From Heterodontus francisci (lineage: Eukaryota), in NCBI RefSeq assembly GCF_036365525.1, contig NW_027140807.1, positions 558,001 through 622,000 on the forward strand: DNA of 64,000 bases, given 5' to 3'. Shown piece after piece: positions 51,657 to 63,505 of the stretch (positions within the stretch are counted from its first letter, which is position 1; each line of letters starts with the position of its first letter). Both the position numbers and the translations under genes were made by a program. The notes under the pieces are model-generated. The model did no database searches. It was given only the letters and a program-made list of their open reading frames with translations, and was not told where the DNA came from.

Positions 51657-51814
51657 ATCAGCAGGGGAATGGGAACCTAAATTGTAGTTCCAGTGTACAG
51701 GCTGTTGAGAGTAGTGAGGTAGGGGATAAGGTTACAGGGACGCAAGAGGGCACTGGCAAGCAAGAACTTGGTTTAAAGTGTGTCTACTTCAACGCCAGGA
51801 GCATCCGGAATAAG

Positions 51815-54541
51815 GTGGGTGAGCTTGCAGCATGGGTTGGTACCTGGGATCCTGATGTTGTGGCCATTTCGGAGACATGGGTAGAGCAGGGGCAGGAATG
51901 GATGTTGCAGGTTCCGGGATTTAGATGTTTCAGTAAGAACAGAGAAGAGGGTAAAAGAGGGGGGGGGGGTGTGGCATTGTTAATCAAGGAAAGTATTACA
52001 GCGGCAGAAAGGACGTTTGAGGACTCGTCTACTGAGGTAGTATGGGCCGAGGTTAGAAACAGGAGAGGAGAGGTCACCCTGTTGGGAGTTTTCTATAGAC
52101 CTCCGAATAGTTCCAGAGATGTAGAGGAAAGGATAGCGAAGATGATTCTCGACAGGAGCGAGAGTAACAGGGTAGTGGTTATGGGGGACTTTAACTTTCC
52201 AAATATTGACTGGAAATACTATAGTTCGAGTACTTTAGATGGGTCTGTTTTTGTCCAGTGTGTGCAGGAGGGTTTTCTGACACAGTATGTGGGCAGGCCA
52301 ACCAGGGGCGATGCCACATTGGATTTGGTACTGGGTAATGAACCCGGCCAGGTGTTCGATTTAGATGTAGGTGAGCACTTTGGCGATAGTGATCACAATT
52401 CTGTTAGGTTTACCTTAGCGATGGGCAGGGACAGGTATATACCGCAGGGCAAGAATTATAGCTGGGGGAAAGGAAATTATGACGCGATTAGGCAAGATTT
52501 AGGATGTGTAGGATGGGGAAGGAAACTGCAGGGGATGGGCACAAACGAAATGTGGAGCTTATTCAAGGAGCAGCTACTGCGTGTCCTTGATAAGTATGTA
52601 CCTGTCAGGCAGGGAGGAAGTTGTCGAGCGAGGGAGCCGTGGTTTACTAAAGAAGTTGAAGCGCGTGTCAAGAGGAAGAGGGCGGCTTATGTTAGGATGA
52701 GACGTGAAGGCTCAGTTAGGGCGCTTGAGAGTTACAAGCTAGCCAGGAAGGATCTAAAGGGAGGGCTAAGAAGAGCAAGGAGAGGACACGAGAAGTCATT
52801 GGCGGATAGGATCAAAGAAAACCCTAAGGCTTTCTATAGGTATATCAGGAATAAACGAATGATAAGAGTTAGAACAGGGCCAATCAAGGATAGTAGTGGG
52901 AAGTTGTGTGCGGAATCAGAGGAGATAGGGGAAGCGTTAAATGAATATTTTTCGTCAGTATTTACAGTAGAGAAAGAAAATGTTGCCGAGGAGATTACTG
53001 AGATACAGCCTACTAGGCTAGATGGGATTGAGATTCACAAGGAGGAGGTGTTAGCAATTTTGGAAAGAGTGAAAATAGATAAGTCCCCTGGGCCAGATGG
53101 GATTTATCCTAGGATTCTCTGGGAAGCCAGGGAGGAGATTGCAGAGCCGTTGCTGTTGATCTTTAAGTCGTCATTGTCGACAGGAGTAGTGCCAGAGGAC
53201 TGGAGGATAGCAAATGTTGTCCCCTTGTTCAAGAAGGGGAGTAGAGACAGCCCTGGTAATTATAGACCTGTGAGCCTTACTTCGGTTGTGGGTAAAATGT
53301 TGGAAAAGGTTATAAGAGACAGGATTTATAATCATCTTGAAAAGAATAAGTTCATTTGCGATAGTCAGCACGGTTTTGTGAAAGGTAGGTCGTGCCTCAC
53401 AAACCTTATTGAGTTTTTCGAGAAGGTGACCAAACAGGTGGATGAGGGTAAAGCCGTGGATGTGGTGTATATGGATTTCAGTAAGGCGTTTGATAAGGTT
53501 CCCCACGGTAGGCTATTGCAGAAAATACGGAAGTATGGGGTTGAAGGTGATTTAGAGCTTTGGATCAGAAATTGGCTAGCTGAAAGAAGACAGAGGGTGG
53601 TGGTTGATGGCAAATGTTCATCCTGGAGTTTAGTTACTAGTGGTGTACCGCAAGGTTCTGTTTTGGGGCCACTGCTGTTTGTCATTTTTATAAACGACCT
53701 GGATGAGGGTGTAGAAGGGTGGGTTAGTAAATTTGCGGATGACACGAAGGTCGGTGGAGTTGTGGATAGTGTCGAAGGGTGTTGTAGGGTACAGAGGGAC
53801 ATAGATAGGCTGCAGAGCTGGGCTGAGAGATGGCAAATGGAGTTTAATGCGGAGAAGTGTGAGGTGATTCACTTTGGAAGGAGTAACAGCAATGCAGAGT
53901 ACTGGGCTAATGGGAAGATTCTTGGTAGTGTAGATGAGCAGAGAGATCTTGGTATCCAGGTACATAAATCCCTGAAAGTTGCTACCCAGGTTAATAGGGC
54001 TGTTAAGAAGGCATATGGTGTGTTAGCCTTTATTAGTAGGGGGATCGAGTTTCAGAGCCACGGGGTCATGATGCAGCTGTACAAAACTCTGGTGAGGCCG
54101 CACCTGGAGTATTGCGTGCAGTTCTGGTCACCGCATTATAGGAAGGATGTCGAAGCTTTGGAAAGGGTGCAGAGGAGATTTACTAGGATGTTGCCTGGTA
54201 TGGAAGGAAGGTCTTACGAGGAAAGGCTGAGGGACTTGGGGTTGTTTTCGTTAGAGAGAAGGAGGAGGAGAGGTGACTTAATAGAGACATACAAGATAAT
54301 CAGAGGGTTAGATAGGGTGGATAGTGAGAGTCTTTTTCCTCGGATGAGGATGGCAAACACGAGGGGACATAGCTTTAAGTTGAGGGGTGAAAGATATAGG
54401 ACAGATGTCAGAGGTAGTTTCTTTACGCAGAGAGTAGTAGGGGCGTGGAACGCCCTGCCTGCAACAGTAGTAGACTCGCCAACTTTAAGGGCATTTAAGT
54501 GGTCATTGGATAGACATATGGATGTAAATGGAATAGTGTAG
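51815..54541 (+). CDS. CR1 ORF2: APE endonuclease plus reverse transcriptase (frame stays open upstream of 51815: CVYFNARS)
   Basis: ISETW, MGDFN, SDH, KSPGPDG, YRPVSLTS, DFSKAFD, GVPQGSVLGP, FADD motifs; 908 codons with no stop. Confidence 0.96.
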   Translation: MGELAAWVGTWDPDVVAISETWVEQGQEWMLQVPGFRCFSKNREEGKRGGGGVALLIKESITAAERTFEDSSTEVVWAEVRNRRGEVTLLGVFYRPPNSSRDVEERIAKMILDRSESNRVVVMGDFNFPNIDWKYYSSSTLDGSVFVQCVQEGFLTQYVGRPTRGDATLDLVLGNEPGQVFDLDVGEHFGDSDHNSVRFTLAMGRDRYIPQGKNYSWGKGNYDAIRQDLGCVGWGRKLQGMGTNEMWSLFKEQLLRVLDKYVPVRQGGSCRAREPWFTKEVEARVKRKRAAYVRMRREGSVRALESYKLARKDLKGGLRRARRGHEKSLADRIKENPKAFYRYIRNKRMIRVRTGPIKDSSGKLCAESEEIGEALNEYFSSVFTVEKENVAEEITEIQPTRLDGIEIHKEEVLAILERVKIDKSPGPDGIYPRILWEAREEIAEPLLLIFKSSLSTGVVPEDWRIANVVPLFKKGSRDSPGNYRPVSLTSVVGKMLEKVIRDRIYNHLEKNKFICDSQHGFVKGRSCLTNLIEFFEKVTKQVDEGKAVDVVYMDFSKAFDKVPHGRLLQKIRKYGVEGDLELWIRNWLAERRQRVVVDGKCSSWSLVTSGVPQGSVLGPLLFVIFINDLDEGVEGWVSKFADDTKVGGVVDSVEGCCRVQRDIDRLQSWAERWQMEFNAEKCEVIHFGRSNSNAEYWANGKILGSVDEQRDLGIQVHKSLKVATQVNRAVKKAYGVLAFISRGIEFQSHGVMMQLYKTLVRPHLEYCVQFWSPHYRKDVEALERVQRRFTRMLPGMEGRSYEERLRDLGLFSLERRRRRGDLIETYKIIRGLDRVDSESLFPRMRMANTRGHSFKLRGERYRTDVRGSFFTQRVVGAWNALPATVVDSPTLRAFKWSLDRHMDVNGIV

Positions 54542-56706
54542 GTCAGATGATCGGCGCAACATCGAGGGCCGAAGGGCCTGTACTGCGCTGTAATATTCTA
54601 ATTCTAATTCTAATTCTATTGCTGGCTCTGTCTGCCTTAAATGACTCGGACGTGTAATTGGTGACAGACCCTGTTCCAGCAGAATAGAACAGAGCTTCCA
54701 GTGCCCTGTCTGGTTGTTGTCTGTACCAGTACATTAATGTATAGCCAGTATTCTTCAGCGTGCATCTGAGTGTTGTCGACTCTCCTGCGGAAAGCGATAG
54801 GATAGAGGGAGACTGTTCCACATAGGAGGCGAGTATTCCTGTGGGACGGAACATCGATTAGATTATTATTTCAGTCAATAATGGATTGGAGCAGAGGCTG
54901 CATTACAAGAAAGAGAGGGCTTACATTAATATATCGCCGTTCAGGACCTCAGGGCAACAGAAAGGGCTTTGCAACCAATGTAGTTACTCCCTCATTACTG
55001 CCTCTGCGACAGTGCGGCACTCCCTCAGTACTGCCTCTGCAACAGTGCAGCACTCCCTCAGTACTGCCTCTGCGACAGTGCAGCACTCCCTCAGTACTGC
55101 CTCTGCGACAGTGCAGTATTCCCTCAGTACTGCCTCTGCGACAGTGCAGCACACCCTCAGTACTGCCTCTGCGACAGTCCAGCACTCCCTCAGTCCTGAC
55201 ACCTGGGGTGTTAGTTTTGCCTTTGAGCTCAAGTGTTCTGGAGTGAGACTCTGACACAGCAGTGTTACGGAACAGAATCACCGCTGACATTACAATACAT
55301 TATTCGACACAGTTTCTGACTTTGACTTACGTGGGAAGAGTGCAGCCATCAAGATTAGACTGAGAACTTCATGCAACATGATTTCTTCATTCGATACTAA
55401 CTCGATGTGTGAACGTGTGGAGTTTTCAACAACACACTTGCAGGCAGTTTCTATATTGTATCCAATTAAATACCCAGCATCCGGTTGTCATTGTGATTGG
55501 CAGTCACTTACTGCGACACTCTGCTCCACCCCATTACTTTATGTAGCAATGCTGTAGAATGATACAACACAAGGGGATAGGGGGAGATTGAATAGAGGTG
55601 TTCACATTTCAGAAAGGGATTTGATAGAGTAGAATTCAGGGAAACAACCCTCTGTACCCGGAGAGTGTGCCCATCCCTTATTGCCCTTGAGTTGGTGGTG
55701 GTGAACCATCTTCGGGAATGCCTGCTGGGCAGTTAATAGTCAACAACATTGCTGTTGGTCTGGAGGCACATATAGGCCAGACTGGGTAAGAACAGCATAT
55801 TTCACTATGTTCACTATGGAGAAGGATGATGTAGGTGTAGATATCAGGGAGGGGGGTTGTGATATACTTGAACATATTTGCTTTTAAAGGGAGGAGTATT
55901 AGCTGTTTTAGAAGACTTAAAAGTGGATAAGACCGCAGCCCGGATGAGACATATCCCAGGCTGTTATATGAGGCAAGGGAGGAGATTTCAGGGCCTCTGA
56001 CACAAATTTTCAATTCCCCTCTGGCCACAGGAGTGGTCTCAGAGGACTGGAGGATAGCGAATGTGGTACCATTATTCTAGAAGGACACTTGTGCTCTTCT
56101 GAACTCGCTGTCAGGAGGCAGGTGTCCCAGAGATGAAGTTATCTGGAGAGGGATCTCGCCTTTGAACAGTGTGAAACAGCGCTCAGATGGTTAAGGGTTC
56201 CGAGCTGAGTGAGTTCCTGTTCATTGGGGGTTTGTTTGCCTCTGTGTAGTGAAGGTTAGAGGGAGATTAACAAGACTGGTACCAGGGATGTGGGAGTTCA
56301 ATTACTGTGGAGAGACTGGAGAAGCTGGGGGTTTCTCTCCTGAGAGCAGAGAAGGTTAATGGTAGATGTGATAGAGATATTGAAGATCATAGAGGATTTT
56401 GATAGATAATTGATGACAAATCACATCTTCTACTGGTCAATATATAGAAAATCGATGAAAAGATGGTCATTCATTACATTACTGCAGTATGTTTAATTAG
56501 TTCATACAAACTGTAATTACCTAAAGATAGAGTTAGATAGATAGAGAGACAGAGAGATAGATAACCAGGTAAAGAGATAGATAGATAGATAGAGAGACAG
56601 AGAGATAAACAATCAGGTGGACAGATAGATATGAACAATAAGCTTCAATCTACTGCTGCCCCCTGCCAGTGGAAGGTGAGCACTGAACTCCCGTTCATCC
56701 GCTGCA

Positions 56707-57547
56707 GGTTTTTGCAGCTGCTGATCCGCTTTCTCAAACACTGTGCGATACTGCAAGCGCAGAAATAGACAGCGGTGTGAGATGGAGCGGCGTCTCTCAG
56801 TGCCAAAGTAAACAGTGTATCGCTGGCTCTGTCTGCCTTAAATGACTCGGACGTGTAATTGGTGACAGACCCTGTTCCAGCAGAATAGAACAGAGCTTCC
56901 AGTGCCCTGTCCGGTTGTTGTCTGTACCAGTACATTAATGTATAGCCAGTATTCTTCAGCGTGCATCTGAGTGCTGTCGACTCTCCGGCAGAAATCGATA
57001 GGATAGAGGGTGACTGTTCCACATCGGAGGCGAGTATTCCTGTGGGACAGAACATCGATTAGATTATTATTTCAGTCAATAATGGATTGGAGCAGGGGCT
57101 GCAGTACAAGAAAGAGAGGGCTTACATTAATATATCGCCGTTCAGGACCTCAGGGCATCAGAAAGGGCTCTGCAACCAATGTAGTTACTCCCTCAGTACT
57201 GCCTCTGCGACAGTGCGGCACTCCCTCAGTACTGCCTCTGCAACAGTGCAGCACTCCCTCAGTACTGCCTCTGTGACAGTGCTGCACTCCCTCAGTACTG
57301 CCTCTGCGACAGTGCAGCACACCCTCAGTACTGCCTCTGTGACAGTGCAGCACTCCCACAGCCCTGACACCTGGGGTGTTAGTTTTGACTTTGAGCTCAA
57401 GTGTTCTGGCGTGAGACTCTGACACAGCAGTGTTATGGAGCAGAATCACCGCTGACATTACAATACATTATTCGACACAGTTTCTGACTTTGACTTACGT
57501 GGGAAGAGTGCAGCCATCAAGATTAGACAGAGAACTTCATGCAACAT
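56707..57547 (-). CDS. TRBV: TRBV gene V9 (CACS family), potentially functional: leader 57499-57547, V exon 56746-57039, 23-RSS
   Basis: Open V domain WYRQ...YFCACSI; CACAGTG-23bp-GCAAAAACC. Confidence 0.94.
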
Positions 57548-59598
57548 GATTTCTTCATTCGATACTAACTCGATGTGTGAACGTGTGGAGTTTTCAACAA
57601 CACACTTGCAGGCAGTTTCTATATTGTATCCAATTAAATACCCAGCATCCGGTTGTCATTGTGATTGGCAGTCACTTACTGCGACACTCTGCTCCACCCC
57701 ATTACTTTACGTAGCAATGTTGTAGAATGATACAACACAAGGGGATAGGGGGAGATTGAATAGAGGTGTTCACATTTCAGAAAGGGATTTGATAGAGTAG
57801 AATTCAGGGAAACAACCCTCTGTTCCCGGAGAGTGTGCCCATCCCTTATTGCCCTTGAGAAGGTGGTGGTGAACCATCTTCGGGAATGCCTGCTGGGCAG
57901 TTAATAGTCAACAACATTGCTGTTGGTCTGGAGGCACATGTAGGCCAGACCGGGAAAGAACGGCATATTTCACTACGTTCACTATGGAGAAGGATGATGT
58001 AGGTGTAGATATCAGGGAGGGGGGTTGTGATATACTTGAACATATTTGCTTTTAAAGGGAGGAGTATTAGCTGTTTTAGAAGACTTAAAAGTGGATAAGA
58101 CCGCAGCCCGGATGAGACATATCCCAGGCTGTTATGTGAGGCAAGGGAGGAGATTTCAGGGCCTCTGACACAAATTTTCAATTCCCCTCTGGCCACAGGA
58201 GTGGTCTCAGAGGACTGGAGGACAGCGAATGTGGTACCATTATTCTAGAAGGACACTTGTGCTCTTCTGAACTCGCTGTCAGGAGGCAGGTGTCCCAGAG
58301 ATGAAGTTATCTGGAGAGGGATCTCGCCTTTGAACAGTGTGAGACAGCGCTCAGATGGTTAAGGGTATCGAGCTGAGTTAGTTCCTGTTCATTGATGGGT
58401 TGTTCGCCTCTGTGTAGTGAAGGTTAGAGGGAGATTAACAAGACTGGTACCAGGGATGAGGGAGTTCAATTACTTTGGAGAGACTGGAGAAGCTGGGGGT
58501 TTGTCTCCTGAGAGCAGAGAAGTTTAATGGTCGATGTAATACAGATATTGAAGATGATAAAAGATTTTGATAGATAATTGATGACAAACCACATCATCTA
58601 CTGGTCAATGTATAGAAAATCCCGGAAATGATGGTCATTCATTATATTAGTGCAGCATGTTTAATTAGTTCATACAAAGTGTAATCACCTAAAGATAGAG
58701 TTGAATAGATAGAGAGACAGAGAGATAGATCACCAGGTAGAGAGATAGATTGGTATCGAGAGAGGTAGAGAAATAGAGAGTTGGAAGGAAAGTCAGACAG
58801 GTAGAGAAATAGCGAGCTACATGGAGAGACAGTCACTGCCCCTGTAAAAGACAGGAATGTTAATTCGCATTCTACCATTTTACGCCAGCTTTGCAGCCAG
58901 TGGTAGAGTGGGGAATAGAGAGAGAGGGAGCGAGAGAGATGGAGAGAGTGGGATGGAGAGAGAGGGATGGAGACAGAGGGATGGTTAGAGAGGAATGGAG
59001 AGAGAGGGATGGAGAGAGAGGGATGGAGCGAGAGGGATGGAGAGAGGGAGCGACAGAAAGTTATTGATAAGTCACGAACTCATTGAAGGGCGGAGTGTTT
59101 TCGAGGTGATGAATGTTCTCCTTGTGTTCCCAGGTCACTTAAACTTTGTTCCAGACTCTGATGTTTATCATGGTCCAACAGCGCACTCTGCTGTCCCTTT
59201 GGAGAAAGAAAACGCAGTGAAATAAAACCACACCGTATCTATCTATCTGTCTAGCTGACTGTCTGTCTGTCTTTCTGTTTTTATCTGATCTTCATTTCAG
59301 ATATTAAAATCTTTAATAATCTCCCTTAGACCGCTTAAAGTTTACTCTTGTCTTCTCCTTTCTGGAGAAATAATCCCCCGATGTTCAAACTTTCTTGATA
59401 ACTTTAACCTCTGTGTTCTGATATCATTCCTGTAAAGTCTATTTCACAATTCCCCTGTGTTTCAATATCTAACCACTCAATTTCTATTTAAATCCGCCCT
59501 GTCTTCTTGTGAAAAACATGTTCCCAATGATAAAAACACCCAACAGGACGCAGCACCGCCTGGTTTTATCTGAAACAGGTATTTCCTGCTGCCTTTGG

Positions 59599-60093
59599 GG
59601 TTTTTCTTGAACTGCTCCATCGCTCTGAGTCACTGTGAAGACTCCAGGCACAGAAATACACGGCCGAGTGATTCTCCCACAGGCTGGAGGTCTCCAGGTT
59701 GAACTCGTACTCATTCGGTCTCTCAGCGGTGAAACCATCCACCGTCCCCTCTGGATCCACATAGTTAGCAGTATTGGAGTAAAACATCAACAGCGGCTCC
59801 TTCCCCGGCTCTTGTCTGTACCAGTACATGTTGAAGTTACTGCGGCTCCCCTCCACAGTGCACCTCAGTTCCACTCCTTTCCCGGGAAATCTGGAGACAG
59901 CGGCGGGAGTCTGGCGGATAGTCTGTGAGTTCACATCTGGGAGAGAGATGGAGAGAGGAGGAGATCAGTAAACAGGGAACATCTGGGAATGAAAGGGAGA
60001 CAGGGAGAGGAGAGGAAGGTTATTAACGATAATCTTTGTATTTCATACTCACTTACAATGAAATAGGATTATCAGACACAGTAACTGATACAT
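59599..60093 (-). CDS. TRBV: TRBV gene V10 (TRBV30-like), potentially functional: leader 60057-60093, V exon 59638-59936, 23-RSS
   Basis: SQTIRQ...CTVEG...WYRQ...YFCAWSL; CACAGTG-23bp-AGAAAAACC. Confidence 0.93.
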
Positions 60094-60280
60094 CTTTCAC
60101 TTCAACTTGTTCTCTTAATAGACACAGGAGTGAGATCAGGAGCTTAGACTCTTGTGAGGGTCCAAATGCACTCTTTACAAATCATTGGGAGGAACATGAA
60201 GAGCATTAGGAAGTGATACAATGTTGGAGACGCCCATTCCCCCAGGTCAACAAATCAGAATTGAATTGGCTGCCAATCTG

Positions 60281-60329
<49 letters not shown>

Positions 60330-61208
60330 CTATCAGAGTTTACCTTCCGCTCTCTTGCACTCCCTCTCTGTCTCTCTCTCTCTCTCACCTCATGTGTCTC
60401 GGGATATGTCTCCCACTCTCTTCCTTTCTTAGACTCTCTCTCCCTCTCTATCTCAGTCTATCTTCACTCACTTTCTCTCTCTGACTCTCCCTCTCTCCTC
60501 ATATATCTAAGGTTATGTCTCCCATTCTCTCCTTCTCTCTGACTCTCCCTCTCTCATACTCTTGTTATCTCTTTAGTTATTTCCCTTTCTCTGCCTCTCT
60601 CTAGATCTATCTCCCTATCCATCGCAGGCTCTTTATCACAGTCTCTCTTTCTCTCCGTCTCTCTCTCATTATGTGCTCTTGCTGTCTCACTGTCTTTGCC
60701 TCTATCTCCGTCTCCCTCTCTGTCTCAGTCACTTTAACTCTGTCTGTCGTTTTTCCTCTCACTCACTGAACCTCGCTCTCTCTTTCACACACATGCACTC
60801 TCGTTCTCTCTCTAAAGGAGTGGGTGTCCTTGTCCTGCTAATGTGTATCAAGCTGGATCGACATGATCTCCTGCTATCTTAGTTGTCTCACTAAATCCTT
60901 CTCAAAGCCATTGTCTGGTCCATGGTCCTGGATCCCCCTCTGCTGTCCCTGTGGAGAAGGTAAACACAGGGTCAGTGCATAAAAACCCAGATTATTGTCA
61001 TTGATTCCTGATAGTTACATTCTGAGATCTCGTGACATCCTCATTAATCATTCATTGCACCCTCAGCAGTACCTGTTAATCTAGTGTGTCACTACAATCA
61101 TAACTCAACTCTTTTTTTTGTAACAAACACTTTCACTCTGCATAAGGAAACAACAGGTAGAGGCACCGAACGGTTTTATCCCCCACAGGTGTTTCCTGCT
61201 GCCTTTGG

Positions 61209-61732
61209 GATTTTTGTTGAACTGCTCCATCTCTCTGAGTCACTGTGGTCTTTCCAGGCACAGAAATACACGGCCGAGTGATTCTCCCACAGGCTGGAGG
61301 ACTCCAGGTTGAACTTGGAGTCAGTCGGTCACTCGGCGGTGAAACCCTCCACCGTCCCCTCTGAGTCCACCCTTTGTGCAGTTAGGGAGTAAAACATCAG
61401 TTGCAGCTCCTTCCCCGGGTATTGTCTGTACCAGTACATGTAAGGGTTACTGGTACCATCCACGGTGCATTTCAGCTTCACCTGCTCCTCAGAACATCTG
61501 GAGACAGTGGCGGGAGTCTGGAGGATAGTCTGTGAGTTCACATCTGGGAAAGAGACAGGGAAAGGAGGAGATCAGTATACAGGGAAATTCAGTCCAGTGG
61601 GGAGAGAGAAAGAGAGAGAAGGAGAGAACGAAATAAATAAAAACATATCCTAAAGAAATGTTAAGTAGAATTATTGTTTCAATAAAATCCCTTACGGTGA
61701 AACAGGGTGATCAGAGTCAGTAACAGATACAT
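61209..61732 (-). pseudogene. TRBV: TRBV pseudogene V11 (TRBV30-like): leader 61696-61732, V exon 61248-61543 with in-frame TGA at 61329-61331, intact 23-RSS
   Basis: FTAE*P where paralogs read FTAERP/L; CACAGTG-23bp-ACAAAAATC. Confidence 0.92.
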
Positions 61733-62439
61733 CTTTTACTTTAAGCTGCCTTCTGAATCTGCAAAGGGGAGACAGCAGGAGTGATGAGTGTTGTCAATAA
61801 CCAACCCACTCTTTACAAATCATTGGGAGGAACAGGGAGAGCATTAGGAAGTGATGCAGAGATGGTGACGTTCATTTCCCACATCAACAAATGAGAATCG
61901 AGTTGGTTGCCAATGTCCCACTTTCTCTCTCTCTCTCTGTCTCTCCCTGTCCTTTACTTGTGATGCTCCTTTCTTCCTCTCTGTCTCTCTTCTATGCCTC
62001 CCTATATGTCTCAGTCTGTTTATTTCAGACTCTCTCTCACAGATACACACACATTAGGTCTCTCTCTCTGTCTTTGTTTGTCTCTCTCGCTGTGTGTGTG
62101 TGTCTCTCTCTCTCTCTTTGTCTCTCTAAGGATGTGGATTTCCTTCTCCTGGTCATGTATATCAACCTGGAGGACTGTATGTTCTCTCACTGTTTCAGTT
62201 TTCCTGTGAACTCCTTCTCAAAAACCATTGTACATCACATGGTCCTAGAGCTTCCTCAGCTGTCCCTGTGGTCAAAACATAAACATGTGTCAGTCTATAA
62301 CGGCCCCAGTCCTTTTATTGTTATTCTTTCCTGATAGTTACAATCCTGAGATCACGGGATATTCTTATTCAATGAGTTGGAAGATGAATGGGCACGGATA
62401 CAAAGCTGTGCATGTGTGTGCGTGTGTTTTTCACTCGCT

Positions 62440-63100
62440 CTGTCTTTAGTTCACTGTCTCCCTCTGTTTTACTGCTTACTGTCTTTCTCTCCCTGTCTCA
62501 TTCTGTGTGTGTGTGTGTCTGTCACCCAATCTGTCTCACTCTCTTCCTCTGTGTTTTTTTTGCTTTTCTCTCGCACTTCCTTCTTCCCCCTCTCTGTCCT
62601 CCTCTCTCTCCTCTGTCTGTCTCTATGTCTCAGTCGCTTTCCCTCAGTCGCTTTCTCTCAGTCTCTCTCTCAGTCTCTCTCTCTCAGTCTCTCTCTCTCA
62701 GTCTCTCTAACGCTCTCTCTCTCTGTCCCTCTCTCACTCTCTGTCTCGCTCTGTCTCTCAGTCTCTCTCTCTTTCTCTCTGTCTCAGTGTCTCTGTCTCA
62801 GTCTCTTCCTCTGTGTTTTTTGTTTTCCCTCTCGCTCTTTCTTGTTCCCCCTCTCTGTCCTCCTCGCTCTCCTCTCTCTTCTCCTCTCTGTCTCAATCTC
62901 TCTTTCTCAGTCTCTCTCTCAGTCTCTCTCTGTCTCAGGCTCAGTCTCTCTGTCTCTTTGTCTCAGTCTATCTGTCCCAGTCTCTGTCTCTCTGTCTCAG
63001 TCTCTCTGTCGCTGTCAGTTTTCCTCTCAATCTTGTTCTATCCCTCTCTCACACACTCGGTCTCCTTCTCTTTGTCTCTCTCGTTGAGTGTGTGTGTATC
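62440..63100. repeat. CT-rich low-complexity/microsatellite tract (similar tracts at 60280-60810 and 61920-62130)
   Basis: Direct inspection. Confidence 0.9.
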
Positions 63101-63505
63101 CCTCTCGAAGGTGATGAATGTGCTTCTCCTGTCAATGTGTATGAAGCTCGAGGGCTGTATGATCTCTGCCTCTTTCTGTTTTCCTATTAAATGTTTGCCA
63201 GGCCATTGTGTATTCATGGTCCTAGAGCACCCTCTGTTAACCCTACAGAGGAGGAAAACTCAGTGTCAATGCAGAAGAACTCAAGTCGTTTTATAATTGA
63301 TCTTTCCTGATAGTTAGAACCTCAGATCTCGTGTTATCCTTGTCAATTGTTCTTAGCACATTCTCTACTACCTGTATATCTAATCTCTCACTACCACTCT
63401 GACCCATCTCTTCTTGTTATCATAAACACTTTCGCTCTGCAAAACAAAAGAAATTCGAGGCTTCGGGCAGTTTTACCCTCCACAGGTGTTTCCTGCTGCC
63501 TTTGG

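Larger units (their letters stand above)
51207..54618 (+). mobile_element. Young 5'-truncated CR1 LINE with (ATTCTA)n tail
   Basis: ORF1 esterase remnant, uninterrupted EN-RT ORF2, short 3' UTR and microsatellite tail. Confidence 0.96.
51100..55379 (-). pseudogene. TRBV: TRBV gene V8 (CACS family) disrupted by CR1 insertion: leader 55331-55379, 5' exon part 54617-54838, 3' part 51139-51206, intact 23-RSS 51100-51138
   Basis: The two halves join to give the V9 sequence (…FKADRAS / FTLALRDAAPSHTAVYFCACSI). Confidence 0.95.
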
